From positions 1,642 through 51,424 of the forward strand of contig DAONEU010000002.1 in the NCBI GenBank assembly GCA_035403245.1: DNA of 49,783 bases. Direction: 5' to 3'. This document shows, one piece after another, positions 29,874 through 40,309 of the stretch; the stretch's first letter is position 1, and every line of letters starts with the position of its first letter. Under the pieces are notes generated by a model. That model saw nothing but the letters and a program-made list of their open reading frames with translations. It had not been told where the DNA came from and did not search any database. The position numbers and the translations under genes are program-made. Origin of the DNA: Bacteroidales bacterium (GTDB taxonomy: Bacteria > Bacteroidota > Bacteroidia > Bacteroidales > WCHB1-69).

Positions 29874-32699
29874 ATGAAGATTAGATTAGTAATAATTCTA
29901 TGTATTGGATTTATATATATATATTCTAATGCTCAGACAACTATTAATATGCCAAATGGTACCGGAACTGCCAACATAACATCATGCAATGCCAATTTTT
30001 ACGATGCAGGTGGAATTGCCGGAAATCATGGATTGTATCAAAATTCAACTATTAAACTAACTCCTTCTACTTCCGGACAATCCATAAAAATAAATTTTAA
30101 TAGTTTTGATCTTGGAGAAGGTGCATCAATGAGTATATATGATGGGCCAAACGATACCTACTCTTTAATTGCGATTTATACACAATATCTAAGTCCAATT
30201 GGACTGTCAATAGTTGCCGGTCCACAACCCAATAATCCTGATGGATCAATATTTATAAAATTTGTTTCAGTAGAGAATAATAATTCAGGATGGAGTGCAA
30301 CTGTTGTTTGTCGAGCTCCTTGTCAAAATTATACCGTTCAGTTAGATCCGAATATTACTTCAAAACCAATAGTTGAGGATGTTTATATGAACGTTTGTAA
30401 AGATAGTTGTGTGGTTTTTGCTGCTACAACATCATTTTTTCAAAATAACCTAAGTTATACGCAAACTGATAATAATACCCAATTTATTTGGAAGTTTGGA
30501 TATACACTAAGTGATACTGGTCAAGTTATTACCCATTGTTTTGACCAAGCAAAAGGGTGGGATTACCTGATGTATGCTGTAGATACTATGGGCTGTTATC
30601 CAAATACATTTTACAGGGGAAGAATTAGAGTGGCAGATAATCCAATACTAGGAGCCCCCAACCTACCACCTGCTTGTTCAGGAGGAACTTATGATATCGT
30701 TGTAGGAAAAGATCCCCTTTCCACCATTCAAATTAATACAGTTGGTGCAAATATTACAGGAACATTATCTCAAGCAGATACTTTAGCTCTCCCTGATGGT
30801 GGAACGTGTTATGAATCTGAAGTTTTATATGATGTGTTTAATCCAAATCAAACTCTTACCAATATCAATGATATTATTGGGATTTCAATTGTTATGGAAC
30901 ATTCCTATTTAGGTGAGATTTCAATAAGGTTAACTTGCCCATCCGGAGCATCCGTTCTTTTAAAATCATATACTATTGGAACCCCACCACCACCGGGATC
31001 AATAGACAATGCTTGTTCTTTCGGTGGTGGTAATATTGATTTGGGTTGTGCCCCAAATCCCGGATTAGCCAGTACCTGTTATGATGATTGGGGCGTTGGT
31101 TGGAATTACGAATTCCGTCCAGGAGCTATGAGTTGTTTTGGAGCAGGTGGTTCAACAGTTGCATATAACTATACTGATGCTTGTGGTCAAACTTGGGGCG
31201 GTCCTGCATTAACGCCTAGTGTTCCTAATGCTCAAACGGTGATACCTACAACTCCAGTATACTATGGAACCTTCTCTACTTTAGCTACTCTGTTAGGTTG
31301 TCCTTTAAACGGAATTTGGAAAATAACGGTTTGTGACCATTGTTTTATTGATAACGGTTATGTTTTTAATTGGAGTATGTCTTTTAATGACGCTATTGTA
31401 CCCGGTGGATGGAATTATAATGTGAATCTTGATACAGTATTTTGGCATGGGAGTAATATCACTCCAACAAGCTATAATTCAGCTAGAATAAATTTAGGGG
31501 AAGCTGGTTTTTTTAATTATAATGTGACATTAGTTGATGAATATGGGTGCGAATGGGACACCACTTTTTCTTTAGAAGTAGTTCAATCACCAACACCCAA
31601 TATTAATAATGGTCTAGATACAGCTCGGTTATGTGCAGGAAATATTCTAATTTTAAATGCTAATTATACGGATACAAATGCCGTCTATTGGTGGAATACT
31701 GGAGCTAATGTGGATGAAATCATGGCTCTTGTTGAAGGTTTATATACCATTGAAGTTACAGCAACTGCTGCAAATGGTTCTTTGATTTGTACAGGAAGAG
31801 ATTCCATTTACGTTTCAATTAATCCATACCCTGTCCCGGATTTTGACGTAAATAATAAAAATGGATGTGCCCCACTTCGTATTCAGTTGACAAATTTGAC
31901 AAAACCGGATACGATTCAATATGATTACAAATGGAAAATTTATGACTTGGATGGACAGGAACTATTTTTCTCCACTCAGAAAAATCCGATTTTTTTTATC
32001 GAAAATCCCGGGATTTATCACGTGCAATTAGTGGTTTTGTCTGAAAATGGATGTTCAGATTCCATAATGAAGTGGAATTATATTCAAATTTTTCCTCAAC
32101 CAACTGCGGATTTTTCATTTAATCCTGAAATATCTTTATTCTCAGAAACGAATGGAATTGTTAATTTTTCAAATTATTGTGACTCAATTTTATTTTTTGA
32201 TCATAATAATAATTCCTGGTATTGGGATTTTAATGACGGAACTATTGATTCTTCACAATGGAATCCAACTCATACTTATTCTAACTGGGGAGATTATGAT
32301 GTTACTTTTTATATTATTTCTAATGAAGGCTGTAAGAGTTCTATAAAACATACTGTAATTATTGAAGAAGATCTTGAATTTCCCAATATTATTACTCCTA
32401 ATAAAGATGGATTAAACGATGTTTTTGCTGTTAAAAATTTAAATACTAATATAAATACTGAAGATCCGGACCAGTTCAGATCCAATTATCTTGAAATTTT
32501 TGATCGTTGGGGTAAAAAGGTTTATGATGTAGAAAATTATGATACTTATATGAAAAATGATCAAATCTTTGTTGGCGAAAAATATTTTTCAGGTGAAACC
32601 TTACAGGATGGGCAGTATTATTATGCTTTTTATTTTAAAGGTAAAGCAAAAACAGTCAAATATAGCGGTTCTTTATTGATAATTAGAAATAATGAATAA
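29874..32699 (+). CDS. Paralog of the preceding gene (CUB-like + P-domain + PKD + type B T9SS CTD)
   Basis: Colinear with 26891-29719 over its full length. By eye roughly two-thirds of residues are identical; this was not computed. The motif order is the same: EHSYLGEISIRLTCPSGASVLLK, CPLNGIWKITVCDH, CAPLRIQLTN, FPNIITPNKDGLNDVF. Confidence 0.85.
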   Translation: MKIRLVIILCIGFIYIYSNAQTTINMPNGTGTANITSCNANFYDAGGIAGNHGLYQNSTIKLTPSTSGQSIKINFNSFDLGEGASMSIYDGPNDTYSLIAIYTQYLSPIGLSIVAGPQPNNPDGSIFIKFVSVENNNSGWSATVVCRAPCQNYTVQLDPNITSKPIVEDVYMNVCKDSCVVFAATTSFFQNNLSYTQTDNNTQFIWKFGYTLSDTGQVITHCFDQAKGWDYLMYAVDTMGCYPNTFYRGRIRVADNPILGAPNLPPACSGGTYDIVVGKDPLSTIQINTVGANITGTLSQADTLALPDGGTCYESEVLYDVFNPNQTLTNINDIIGISIVMEHSYLGEISIRLTCPSGASVLLKSYTIGTPPPPGSIDNACSFGGGNIDLGCAPNPGLASTCYDDWGVGWNYEFRPGAMSCFGAGGSTVAYNYTDACGQTWGGPALTPSVPNAQTVIPTTPVYYGTFSTLATLLGCPLNGIWKITVCDHCFIDNGYVFNWSMSFNDAIVPGGWNYNVNLDTVFWHGSNITPTSYNSARINLGEAGFFNYNVTLVDEYGCEWDTTFSLEVVQSPTPNINNGLDTARLCAGNILILNANYTDTNAVYWWNTGANVDEIMALVEGLYTIEVTATAANGSLICTGRDSIYVSINPYPVPDFDVNNKNGCAPLRIQLTNLTKPDTIQYDYKWKIYDLDGQELFFSTQKNPIFFIENPGIYHVQLVVLSENGCSDSIMKWNYIQIFPQPTADFSFNPEISLFSETNGIVNFSNYCDSILFFDHNNNSWYWDFNDGTIDSSQWNPTHTYSNWGDYDVTFYIISNEGCKSSIKHTVIIEEDLEFPNIITPNKDGLNDVFAVKNLNTNINTEDPDQFRSNYLEIFDRWGKKVYDVENYDTYMKNDQIFVGEKYFSGETLQDGQYYYAFYFKGKAKTVKYSGSLLIIRNNE

Positions 32700-32756
32700 A
32701 AATAAATAAATATTCATTATCCTCATTTTTAGAACCTTTATTGAAAAAAAATATAG

Positions 32757-32764
32757 TATATTTG
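32757..32764 (+). promoter_or_regulatory. -7 box TATATTTG
   Basis: Matches TAnnTTTG, upstream of rpoD. Confidence 0.45.
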
Positions 32765-32841
32765 CATCCCATTTTTTAAACTTTTGGTTTATTAAATGAT
32801 TTTTTAAATTTTTCAAGTGTAATAACTCAAAATTTTTATTG

Positions 32842-33705
32842 ATGAGACAGCTAAATATTACAAAACAGGTTACCAATCGTGAAACAGCTTCATTAGATAA
32901 ATATTTGCATGATATTGGCAAAGTTGAATTAATAACTGCCGAAGAAGAGGTTGAATTAGCTCGAAAAATTAAAGATGGAGACCAGGATGCGCTTGATAGA
33001 CTCACTAAAGCCAATTTAAGATTTGTCGTTTCTGTTGCTAAACAATATCAAAATCAGGGTTTAAATCTTCCGGACTTGATCAATGAAGGTAATTTAGGTC
33101 TCATGAAAGCAGCACAACGTTTTGATGAAACAAGAGGATTCAAATTTATTTCTTATGCAGTTTGGTGGATTAGACAATCTATTCTTCAAGCTTTAGCTGA
33201 ACAATCTCGTATTGTCAGATTACCTTTGAATAAAATTGGCACCATAAATAAAATCGCAAAAGCTTATTCTCAATTGGAACAAGAGTTGCAAAGAGAACCA
33301 AAAGCTGAAGAAGTGGCTCGTTTTTTAGATATTACAGAAGCAGAAGTTAAAGACTCCCTGAGAAACGCATCAAGACATATTTCGATGGATGCTTCCTTGA
33401 ATCAAGATGAAGATAATAATATGTACGATGTCTTGAAATCGGAAGATACACCCACTCCGGATAAGGGATTGTTATATGAATCTCTTAAACTCGAAATTAA
33501 TAGACTTATATCAACTTTACCTCAAAGAGAAGCGGATGTTGTTAAATTGTATTTCGGTTTGGATAGCAAACATCCTTTGACCCTTGAAGAAATTGGTGAA
33601 AAATTTGACCTAACTCGTGAAAGAGTTCGCCAAATAAAAGAAAAAGCAATTAGAAGATTAAAACATACTTCTAAATGTAAAAATTTGAAAGCTTACTTAG
33701 GATAA
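32842..33705 (+). CDS. rpoD: Primary RNA polymerase sigma factor (Bacteroidota SigA/RpoD type)
   Basis: [14 protein letters not shown] start, and regions 2-4 ([45 protein letters not shown]). The track start at 32839 is TTG; the ATG is at 32842. Confidence 0.9.
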   Translation: MRQLNITKQVTNRETASLDKYLHDIGKVELITAEEEVELARKIKDGDQDALDRLTKANLRFVVSVAKQYQNQGLNLPDLINEGNLGLMKAAQRFDETRGFKFISYAVWWIRQSILQALAEQSRIVRLPLNKIGTINKIAKAYSQLEQELQREPKAEEVARFLDITEAEVKDSLRNASRHISMDASLNQDEDNNMYDVLKSEDTPTPDKGLLYESLKLEINRLISTLPQREADVVKLYFGLDSKHPLTLEEIGEKFDLTRERVRQIKEKAIRRLKHTSKCKNLKAYLG

Positions 33706-33749
33706 TGCTTTGTTTTACAGTTGTTCATTACTAAACAATTATATATTTT

Positions 33750-35147
33750 ATGTCACGTACTATTATTAAAGATCTATTGAAAAACCCCGAATCTGTGGGA
33801 TTTGGAAACTTAGTTACTGTTAAAGGCTGGGTGAGAACTAAAAGAGGAAATAACTTTGTGGCTTTTATAGCCCTTAATGATGGCTCTAATGTTAATAATA
33901 TTCAAATCGTTCTTGATCTTAATAACTTTAATGAAGATTTCTTAAAACAAATTACAACGGGTTCCAGTCTTGAAGTTACCGGTACCTTGGTTCAATCGCA
34001 AGGAAAAGGTCAAACAGTCGAAATTCAAGCCTCAACAATTCATATTTTTGGAACTGCTGACCCGGAAACCTTTCCACTTCAAAAGAAAGGCCATAGTATG
34101 GAATTTTTGAGAGAAATTGCCCATTTAAGACCAAGAACTAATTATTTTGGATGTGTTCTTAGACTTAGACATGCCATGTCTTATGCTATTCATACCTATT
34201 TTAATCAAAATGGTTATTTTTATATGCATACTCCAATCATCACAGGTTCTGATGCCGAAGGTGCAGGTGCGATGTTTAGTGTAACAACCATGGATTTAAA
34301 TAATATTCCAAAAAATCCAGAAGGTCAGGTAGATTATACTCAAGATTTCTTCGGAAAACCGACCTGTTTAACTGTATCAGGACAATTAGAAGGAGAGTTA
34401 GGCGCTTTAGCTTTAGGAAAAATCTACACTTTTGGACCCACTTTTAGAGCTGAAAACAGCAATACTCCAAGACATTTAGCTGAATTCTGGATGATTGAGC
34501 CGGAAGTTGCTTTTGCTGATATTTTGGATAATATGAATATGGCAGAAGATTTTATTAAATTTTTAGTTCGCTATGCTTTGGAACATAATTTAGATGATTT
34601 GCAATTCCTCAATGATATGTTTGATAAAGAATTGATTGAAAGATTGCATTTCGTAGTGGATAATGACTTTGTAAGATTAAAATATACAGATGCCATCGAT
34701 ATCCTAATTCAATCCGGTAAAAAATTTGAATTTAAAGTGGAATGGGGCGTTGATTTGCAATCTGAACACGAAAGATATTTAGTTGAAAACCATTTCAAAA
34801 AACCTGTTATTTTAACTGATTATCCTAAAGATATTAAAGCGTTTTACATGAAACAAAATGAGGATGGTAAAACGGTTCGCGCTATGGATGTACTATTCCC
34901 AAAAATAGGGGAAATTATTGGAGGTTCTGAAAGAGAAGAGAATTACGAGAAACTTCTAAAACGAATTCAAGAACTTCATATTCCGGAAAAAGATGTATGG
35001 TGGTATTTGGAAACCAGAAAATATGGTACTGTCCCTCATGCAGGGTTTGGCTTAGGTTTCGAAAGATTGATGCTATTTGTTACGGGAATGACCAATATCC
35101 GTGATGTGATTCCATTTCCAAGAACACCACAAAATGCCGATTTTTAA
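33750..35147 (+). CDS. asnS: Asparagine--tRNA ligase
   Basis: Class IIb aaRS with an OB-fold N-domain; [37 protein letters not shown]. Confidence 0.9.
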   Translation: MSRTIIKDLLKNPESVGFGNLVTVKGWVRTKRGNNFVAFIALNDGSNVNNIQIVLDLNNFNEDFLKQITTGSSLEVTGTLVQSQGKGQTVEIQASTIHIFGTADPETFPLQKKGHSMEFLREIAHLRPRTNYFGCVLRLRHAMSYAIHTYFNQNGYFYMHTPIITGSDAEGAGAMFSVTTMDLNNIPKNPEGQVDYTQDFFGKPTCLTVSGQLEGELGALALGKIYTFGPTFRAENSNTPRHLAEFWMIEPEVAFADILDNMNMAEDFIKFLVRYALEHNLDDLQFLNDMFDKELIERLHFVVDNDFVRLKYTDAIDILIQSGKKFEFKVEWGVDLQSEHERYLVENHFKKPVILTDYPKDIKAFYMKQNEDGKTVRAMDVLFPKIGEIIGGSEREENYEKLLKRIQELHIPEKDVWWYLETRKYGTVPHAGFGLGFERLMLFVTGMTNIRDVIPFPRTPQNADF

Positions 35148-36646
35148 ACCGTGATTCTTAATCTGGCTACAGGAATATTAAGCTGTTTTCTGTATTTAGA
35201 AACCGTTCTGCGGGCAATCGTATACCCCTTTAAAGATAGGATTTCTCTAATTTCCTCATCTTGAAGGGGTTTGTTTTCATCTTCCCTCTCAATAATCTCT
35301 TTGATAATCTGTTTTACCTCTTTAGAGGATGTGTTTTCATCCCCAACCGATTCAGAAAAAAGATGTTTTAATGAAATTGTCCCAAATGGAGTTTGCACAT
35401 ATTTACTATTTGATACTCTTGAAATCGTTGAAATATCTAAATTAACTTTTTCAGCAATGTCTTTTAAAACCATCGGCTTGATCTCTTTTTCATCCCCACT
35501 TAAAAAATATTTTTTCTGCATCTCCATGATACTGTACATCGTATTGTAAAGTACCATCTCCCTCAAATTTAAAGAGTTGATGAATTGATTCGCATGTTCA
35601 ATATTCTCTTTTATGAATTTCTCAGCTTCTTCTTTTTGTTGAATACTCAACTTTTTATTGTATCTCGAAAAAGTGTTTTGAAACTCTTTAGAGATTTGAA
35701 TCTTTGGTAAAAATGGGTTGTTTAACTGTAAACTCAATTTTCCATTCTCATTTGTGATGATAAAATCAGGCGTAATATCTTGTAAATTGCTATCCTGACT
35801 CACGAGTTGAAAAATGGGTTTTGGATTCAAATGAGTGATAATATTTAGAATTTCTGTTAATTCTTGTTTGTTGATTTTTAATTTTTTACTAATTTTTTCG
35901 TATTGTTTTTTAGTAAATTCATCAAAATAATGATTAATGATTTCTGTAGCTTTTTTAATCTCAACAGAATACTCTTTTTTATCTAATTGAATTAGAAGAG
36001 ATTCCTGTAAACTTCTAGCACCAACTCCATCAGGTTCCAATTGATGTATGACAGAAGTTAAAATTGTTTCAAGATCTTTTTCAGTTTTAAAAATATTATA
36101 ACTTAAAAGAAAATCAGTTGCTATCGTTGATAGATCAATCGTTAGATATCCGGTATCATCAATATATCCAATTAAATACTGAGCCAGCAATTGATCCTCT
36201 TCACTTAATGAAAAATCCTGCAATTGTTGAATTAAATATTCATGGAAAGAGGGAGCTGAAACAATATATGGATCAAAAGACTTTTTTTCACTATCCTTTG
36301 GATTGTCCAATAAATAATCAGATTCATCGGAACTGTAACTGTCGTAATTGTCAGATGAATAATATTCTTCAATATTTTGTTCATCGAACATAGTATCAAC
36401 ATTCAATTCTTCATCTTCTAAGTTTTTTTCTTCTTTTATGATGTCGAGATCTCCGGGTTGTTTTTCTGTATCATTATAAATCTCCTCTTCCCGATCGATC
36501 TCAAGAGCAGGATTTTCTTCAACTTCCTTTAAAATCTCTTGCTCTAAACTATTGTTTGACAACTCAATCAATTTCATCAACTGAATTGTTTGTTGAGAAA
36601 TGACTTGCTTAAGCTTTAGTCTTTGATGGAGTTGTTGTTTATGCAT
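35144..36646 (-). CDS. rpoN: RNA polymerase sigma-54 factor
   Basis: Gln/Leu-rich N-terminus, acidic linker, and the C-terminal RpoN box ARRTVSKYR. Confidence 0.9.
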   Translation of the reverse strand: MHKQQLHQRLKLKQVISQQTIQLMKLIELSNNSLEQEILKEVEENPALEIDREEEIYNDTEKQPGDLDIIKEEKNLEDEELNVDTMFDEQNIEEYYSSDNYDSYSSDESDYLLDNPKDSEKKSFDPYIVSAPSFHEYLIQQLQDFSLSEEDQLLAQYLIGYIDDTGYLTIDLSTIATDFLLSYNIFKTEKDLETILTSVIHQLEPDGVGARSLQESLLIQLDKKEYSVEIKKATEIINHYFDEFTKKQYEKISKKLKINKQELTEILNIITHLNPKPIFQLVSQDSNLQDITPDFIITNENGKLSLQLNNPFLPKIQISKEFQNTFSRYNKKLSIQQKEEAEKFIKENIEHANQFINSLNLREMVLYNTMYSIMEMQKKYFLSGDEKEIKPMVLKDIAEKVNLDISTISRVSNSKYVQTPFGTISLKHLFSESVGDENTSSKEVKQIIKEIIEREDENKPLQDEEIREILSLKGYTIARRTVSKYRKQLNIPVARLRITV

Positions 36647-36676
36647 TGTTCAGATTTCTTATTTGCAAAAATAAAG

Positions 36677-36684
36677 TATTTTTG
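36677..36684 (+). promoter_or_regulatory. -7 box TATTTTTG
   Basis: Matches TAnnTTTG, 40 nt upstream of the ATG at 36724. It lies inside the TTG-extended track ORF, which argues for the shorter gene. Confidence 0.5.
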
Positions 36685-36723
36685 CCATTTAAACAAATAA
36701 ATTTTCTTAAAAATAATTCATTT

Positions 36724-37581
36724 ATGACACTAAAAGAGCTTAAACATTTGTTCCTGAATTCTTTAAAAACAATATATCCAATCTCAGAGATCAATCAATT
36801 ATTTTATATTTCCATTTATAATAGATTGAAAATGAGTAAAGTAGAAGTTTTACTCCATATTAATGATGAATTTGAAAATGTTGAAATTTTACATGATTTA
36901 GAAAGGTTAAAAACTTCTGAACCCATCCAATATATATACCAACATGCGATTTTCTACGATTTAGATTTTAAAGTTTCTCCAGATGTATTGATTCCTAGAC
37001 AAGAGACGGAGGAGTTGGTACAAATGATTTTGGATAAAAACAAACAAACTCATCATTTAAAAATTCTGGATATTGGCACAGGGAGTGGTGCAATAGCAAT
37101 CGCACTTTCAAAAAATTTACAATATGCCGATGTATATGCATCAGATTTCTCAGAAAAAGCATTACAAATTGCTCATGAAAATGGTAAACAAAATGAGGTA
37201 CAAATCATGTTTTTGAAGCATGATATTTTAAAAGATGATATTTCCATTTTTCCTGATCATCTTGATGTGATAGTGAGTAACCCACCATATATTCCTACTT
37301 CTATTTCAAAGGAATTGCATTCAAATGTAGTCCTGTTTGAGCCTCATTCAGCTCTATTTGTTCCTGATCAGGATCCAATCCTTTTTTATAAAAAAATTGC
37401 TGAGATTGCATATCAAAAATTAAAAAATGAAGGGCAATTATTTTTTGAAACATTTGAATTATTTCATAAAGATATAATTAAACATCTAGAAATTGTAGGT
37501 TTTTCAAATATTCAGTCTATAAAGGATATAAATGGTAAAAATCGTTTTATTTCAGCAGAAAAAATTGTATATTTGCGTTAA
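36724..37581 (+). CDS. prmC: Release factor glutamine N5-methyltransferase
   Basis: ILDIGTGSGAIA (motif I) and VSNPPYI (the NPPY motif). Confidence 0.85.
   Translation: MTLKELKHLFLNSLKTIYPISEINQLFYISIYNRLKMSKVEVLLHINDEFENVEILHDLERLKTSEPIQYIYQHAIFYDLDFKVSPDVLIPRQETEELVQMILDKNKQTHHLKILDIGTGSGAIAIALSKNLQYADVYASDFSEKALQIAHENGKQNEVQIMFLKHDILKDDISIFPDHLDVIVSNPPYIPTSISKELHSNVVLFEPHSALFVPDQDPILFYKKIAEIAYQKLKNEGQLFFETFELFHKDIIKHLEIVGFSNIQSIKDINGKNRFISAEKIVYLR
37568..37575 (+). promoter_or_regulatory. -7 box TATATTTG
   Basis: Matches TAnnTTTG within the last codons of prmC, 28 nt upstream of the ATG at 37603. Confidence 0.45.
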
Positions 37582-37602
37582 CAAATATTAATAAATTTTT
37601 TT

Positions 37603-40209
37603 ATGAAAAAAATTATTTCTTTACTTCTATTCTCAATAGTTACTTTAAATGTTTTTGCGACAACAGCTTTCCCCGAAAAAGTTGAATTTACTCAACCCAA
37701 TGGAGAAAAAGTGACTATATTTATGAAAGGAGATGAGTTTATAAAATATGCAACCACTATTGATGGATTCACTTTATTATACGATTCAGAAGGCTTTTTT
37801 AATTATGCTATGGTAAATCAGGAAGGAAATTTAGTTCCATCCATTTTTCATGCACAGGATATTACCAAGAGAACATCCGCTGAAATTCATTTTCTTCAAT
37901 CCATTTCGACTGGTTTATATTTTAGTATTGAACAAATTAACTCTTTTCAATATATTAGATCGATTACTGAAAATCAATTGTCATCAATCAATTATAATTC
38001 TAGGGGATCATTAAAATTACTTTGTATTCTTATGGGGTTCCCGGACAAACCATTTGTTAAAACAAATGCTGATTTTCAGAATTTATTCAATCAAATCGGA
38101 TATAATTTTGGCAGTGCTGCAGGAAGTGTCCGTGATTTTTATACAGAAGCATCTTATAATCAGCTAAATGTGATTTTTGATGTTGTTGGACCTTTTACAT
38201 CAGCAAACGATATGAACTATTATGGAAGTAATTCTTATGGAGATGCATCCCAATTGGCTTATGAAGCGATTCAATATGCTGATCCTCTAGTAAATTTTGC
38301 CGATTATGATAACAATAATGATGGACAAGTAGATGGCTTATACATCATTTTTGCCGGCAACGGTGAGGAAGCAGGAGCAGGGGCAGATGCCATATGGTCA
38401 CATGCTGGTGGTGTTTATACCAATTTAGATAATGTTCAGATTTCAGGTTATGCATGTTCTCCTGAACATAGAGGAGCATCGGGTAATGCAATTACCTATA
38501 TTGGAGTTATTTGTCATGAACTTGGACATGTATTAGGTGCTCCGGATTACTATGACACGAATTATGAAACAGGTGGATCTTATGATGGAACCGGTACCTG
38601 GGACCTTATGGCTTCTGGTTCTTGGAATGGAAGTGGTAGAACTCCGGCACATCCAAATCCCAGGATTAAAGTTTATACCTATCAATGGGCTCAAGTTGAA
38701 ACGTTGACAACTGCTCAAGTGGTTGCTATTCCTCCTTCAAAAGATTATTCAAATGCTTTTTATAGAATCAATACTTCCACGAATAATGAATATTTTATTT
38801 TGGAAAATAGAACATTAAATGGCTTTGATATTGGAAATCCGGGGAATGGAATGATGATTTACCGATGTGCTTCAAATATTAATTCCGGAAGCATTAATAC
38901 AACTCATAAGCAAAAGTTTTATCCTGTGGCTGCTAATAGTACTCAGGCATTACCTACAACATTATCTTATGGGTCTATTGAATCCCCATCTTGTCCTTGG
39001 CCCGGAACTTTAAACAAAACATCTTTTACAGATGCGACCCTTCCTTCAATGAAGTCATGGGCAAACGTAAATACCAATAAACCTATTACAAATATTTCCT
39101 TAAATAATTCTAATAGTATCATTACTTTTGATTTTATGGGTGGTGGTCCTTCTGCTACCTATCCGGTTTTTTCCCCTAATACAAATGGAGCAACCATTAC
39201 CCCATCAAATGGATCTGTTTCACCCGTGATTGCCGGTGGTTCTTATTCTTTCACTTTACAAATTGCAGCTAGTTATTCAAATTCAAATGTCATTGTAAGA
39301 GTAGGTGCTGATACTTTAATTCCAGTGAATTCAATTTATACCATTCCAAATATCAATTCCCCAAAGGTAATTGAATTGTTAAATTTAAATATCAATCAGT
39401 ATCCAATTATTGCTTATCCAAGTACTAATGGAGCAATTAGCCCCAGTGATACAACTTTAGTGAATTATAATTCAAATATTTCCTATGCAATCACTCCAAA
39501 TGTTGGTTATTCAGTTCTAGAAGTTTTTGTTGATAGTGTAAGTGTTGGAGTAGTTTCATCCTATACATATACTAATGTTATGGAACCTCACTCCATTTAT
39601 GCACATTTTCAAGTCGGCTCACCTGATATTATTCAGTCCTCCTCGAATAATTTGTACTTTACAACAACTCAAAATGTTCCATCTGACTATCAAGTTACAA
39701 CGGTAACTGCAGATATTTCACAGCTTACGATTAATATTTTAGTTAAAGCACCCCAACATTTTCAAGTTTCTCTAAATGGAACGACATGGTATTCGCAGTT
39801 AGTAGTTCAGAAATCGAATTTACCTGAAGAATTGTACGTGAGATTTTCTCCAACTATTATAGGACAAATTTCAGATACAATTAAAATTTCAAGTTACGGG
39901 GCAATGTCATACCTTTTTGTTTCCGGATTATCTAATGTTGGGGTTGAAGATATTCGTCTTGACGAAAATGATGTAATGGTTTATCCAAATCCTACTCAAA
40001 ATGAAATATTTATAGAATTGTCTGAACAATTTCAAAATTTTCCAGATTGGGAAATCGAGATATACGATATATTAACTCATAAACTTCAAGAGGATAAAAT
40101 TCAAAATTCTAAAATGAATATTGATGTTAGCAAACTTCCCTCAGGTGTATATTTTATTATTTTGTCCAATAAAAACAATCGAATCGTTAAGAAATTTGTA
40201 ATTCAATAG
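37603..40209 (+). CDS. Secreted M6-family (immune inhibitor A-like) metalloprotease with a type A T9SS CTD
   Basis: Signal peptide, HELGHVLGAPDYY (HELGH at nt 38515-38529), and a C-terminal VYPNPTQNEIFIE...GVYFIIL sorting domain. Confidence 0.85.
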   Translation: MKKIISLLLFSIVTLNVFATTAFPEKVEFTQPNGEKVTIFMKGDEFIKYATTIDGFTLLYDSEGFFNYAMVNQEGNLVPSIFHAQDITKRTSAEIHFLQSISTGLYFSIEQINSFQYIRSITENQLSSINYNSRGSLKLLCILMGFPDKPFVKTNADFQNLFNQIGYNFGSAAGSVRDFYTEASYNQLNVIFDVVGPFTSANDMNYYGSNSYGDASQLAYEAIQYADPLVNFADYDNNNDGQVDGLYIIFAGNGEEAGAGADAIWSHAGGVYTNLDNVQISGYACSPEHRGASGNAITYIGVICHELGHVLGAPDYYDTNYETGGSYDGTGTWDLMASGSWNGSGRTPAHPNPRIKVYTYQWAQVETLTTAQVVAIPPSKDYSNAFYRINTSTNNEYFILENRTLNGFDIGNPGNGMMIYRCASNINSGSINTTHKQKFYPVAANSTQALPTTLSYGSIESPSCPWPGTLNKTSFTDATLPSMKSWANVNTNKPITNISLNNSNSIITFDFMGGGPSATYPVFSPNTNGATITPSNGSVSPVIAGGSYSFTLQIAASYSNSNVIVRVGADTLIPVNSIYTIPNINSPKVIELLNLNINQYPIIAYPSTNGAISPSDTTLVNYNSNISYAITPNVGYSVLEVFVDSVSVGVVSSYTYTNVMEPHSIYAHFQVGSPDIIQSSSNNLYFTTTQNVPSDYQVTTVTADISQLTINILVKAPQHFQVSLNGTTWYSQLVVQKSNLPEELYVRFSPTIIGQISDTIKISSYGAMSYLFVSGLSNVGVEDIRLDENDVMVYPNPTQNEIFIELSEQFQNFPDWEIEIYDILTHKLQEDKIQNSKMNIDVSKLPSGVYFIILSNKNNRIVKKFVIQ

Positions 40210-40214
40210 GTTCG

Positions 40215-40246
40215 ATTGCTCGTGTGCTCATGTGCTCGTGTGCTCG
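40215..40246. repeat. Tandem octamer array (TGTGCTCR) x 4
   Basis: attgctcg tgtgctca tgtgctcg tgtgctcg, starting 6 nt after the protease stop codon. Confidence 0.9.
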
Positions 40247-40255
40247 ATTTTTTAA

Positions 40256-40309
40256 CTCTTCACTCTTCACTTTTCACTCTTCACTTTTCACTCTTCACTC
40301 TTCACTCTA
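40256..40309. repeat. Tandem heptamer array (CTCTTCA / CTTTTCA) x 7.7
   Basis: ctcttca ctcttca cttttca ctcttca cttttca ctcttca ctcttca ctcta. The last unit contains the stop codon (40307-40309) of the convergent gene. Confidence 0.95.

Noticed and set aside
32673-33014. 113-aa minus-strand ORF
   Set aside because: It is antisense to the rpoD 5' end and promoter region and to the 3' end of the upstream adhesin gene. It has no recognisable motif and is a shadow ORF.
36646-36723. TTG-initiated 5' extension of prmC, and similar TTG/GTG extensions at 2321, 14566, 16981, 23347, 23790, 32839 and 42895
   Set aside because: In each case an in-frame ATG a few codons downstream gives a canonical N-terminus or signal peptide. 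For prmC, the extension also contains the TAnnTTTG promoter box.
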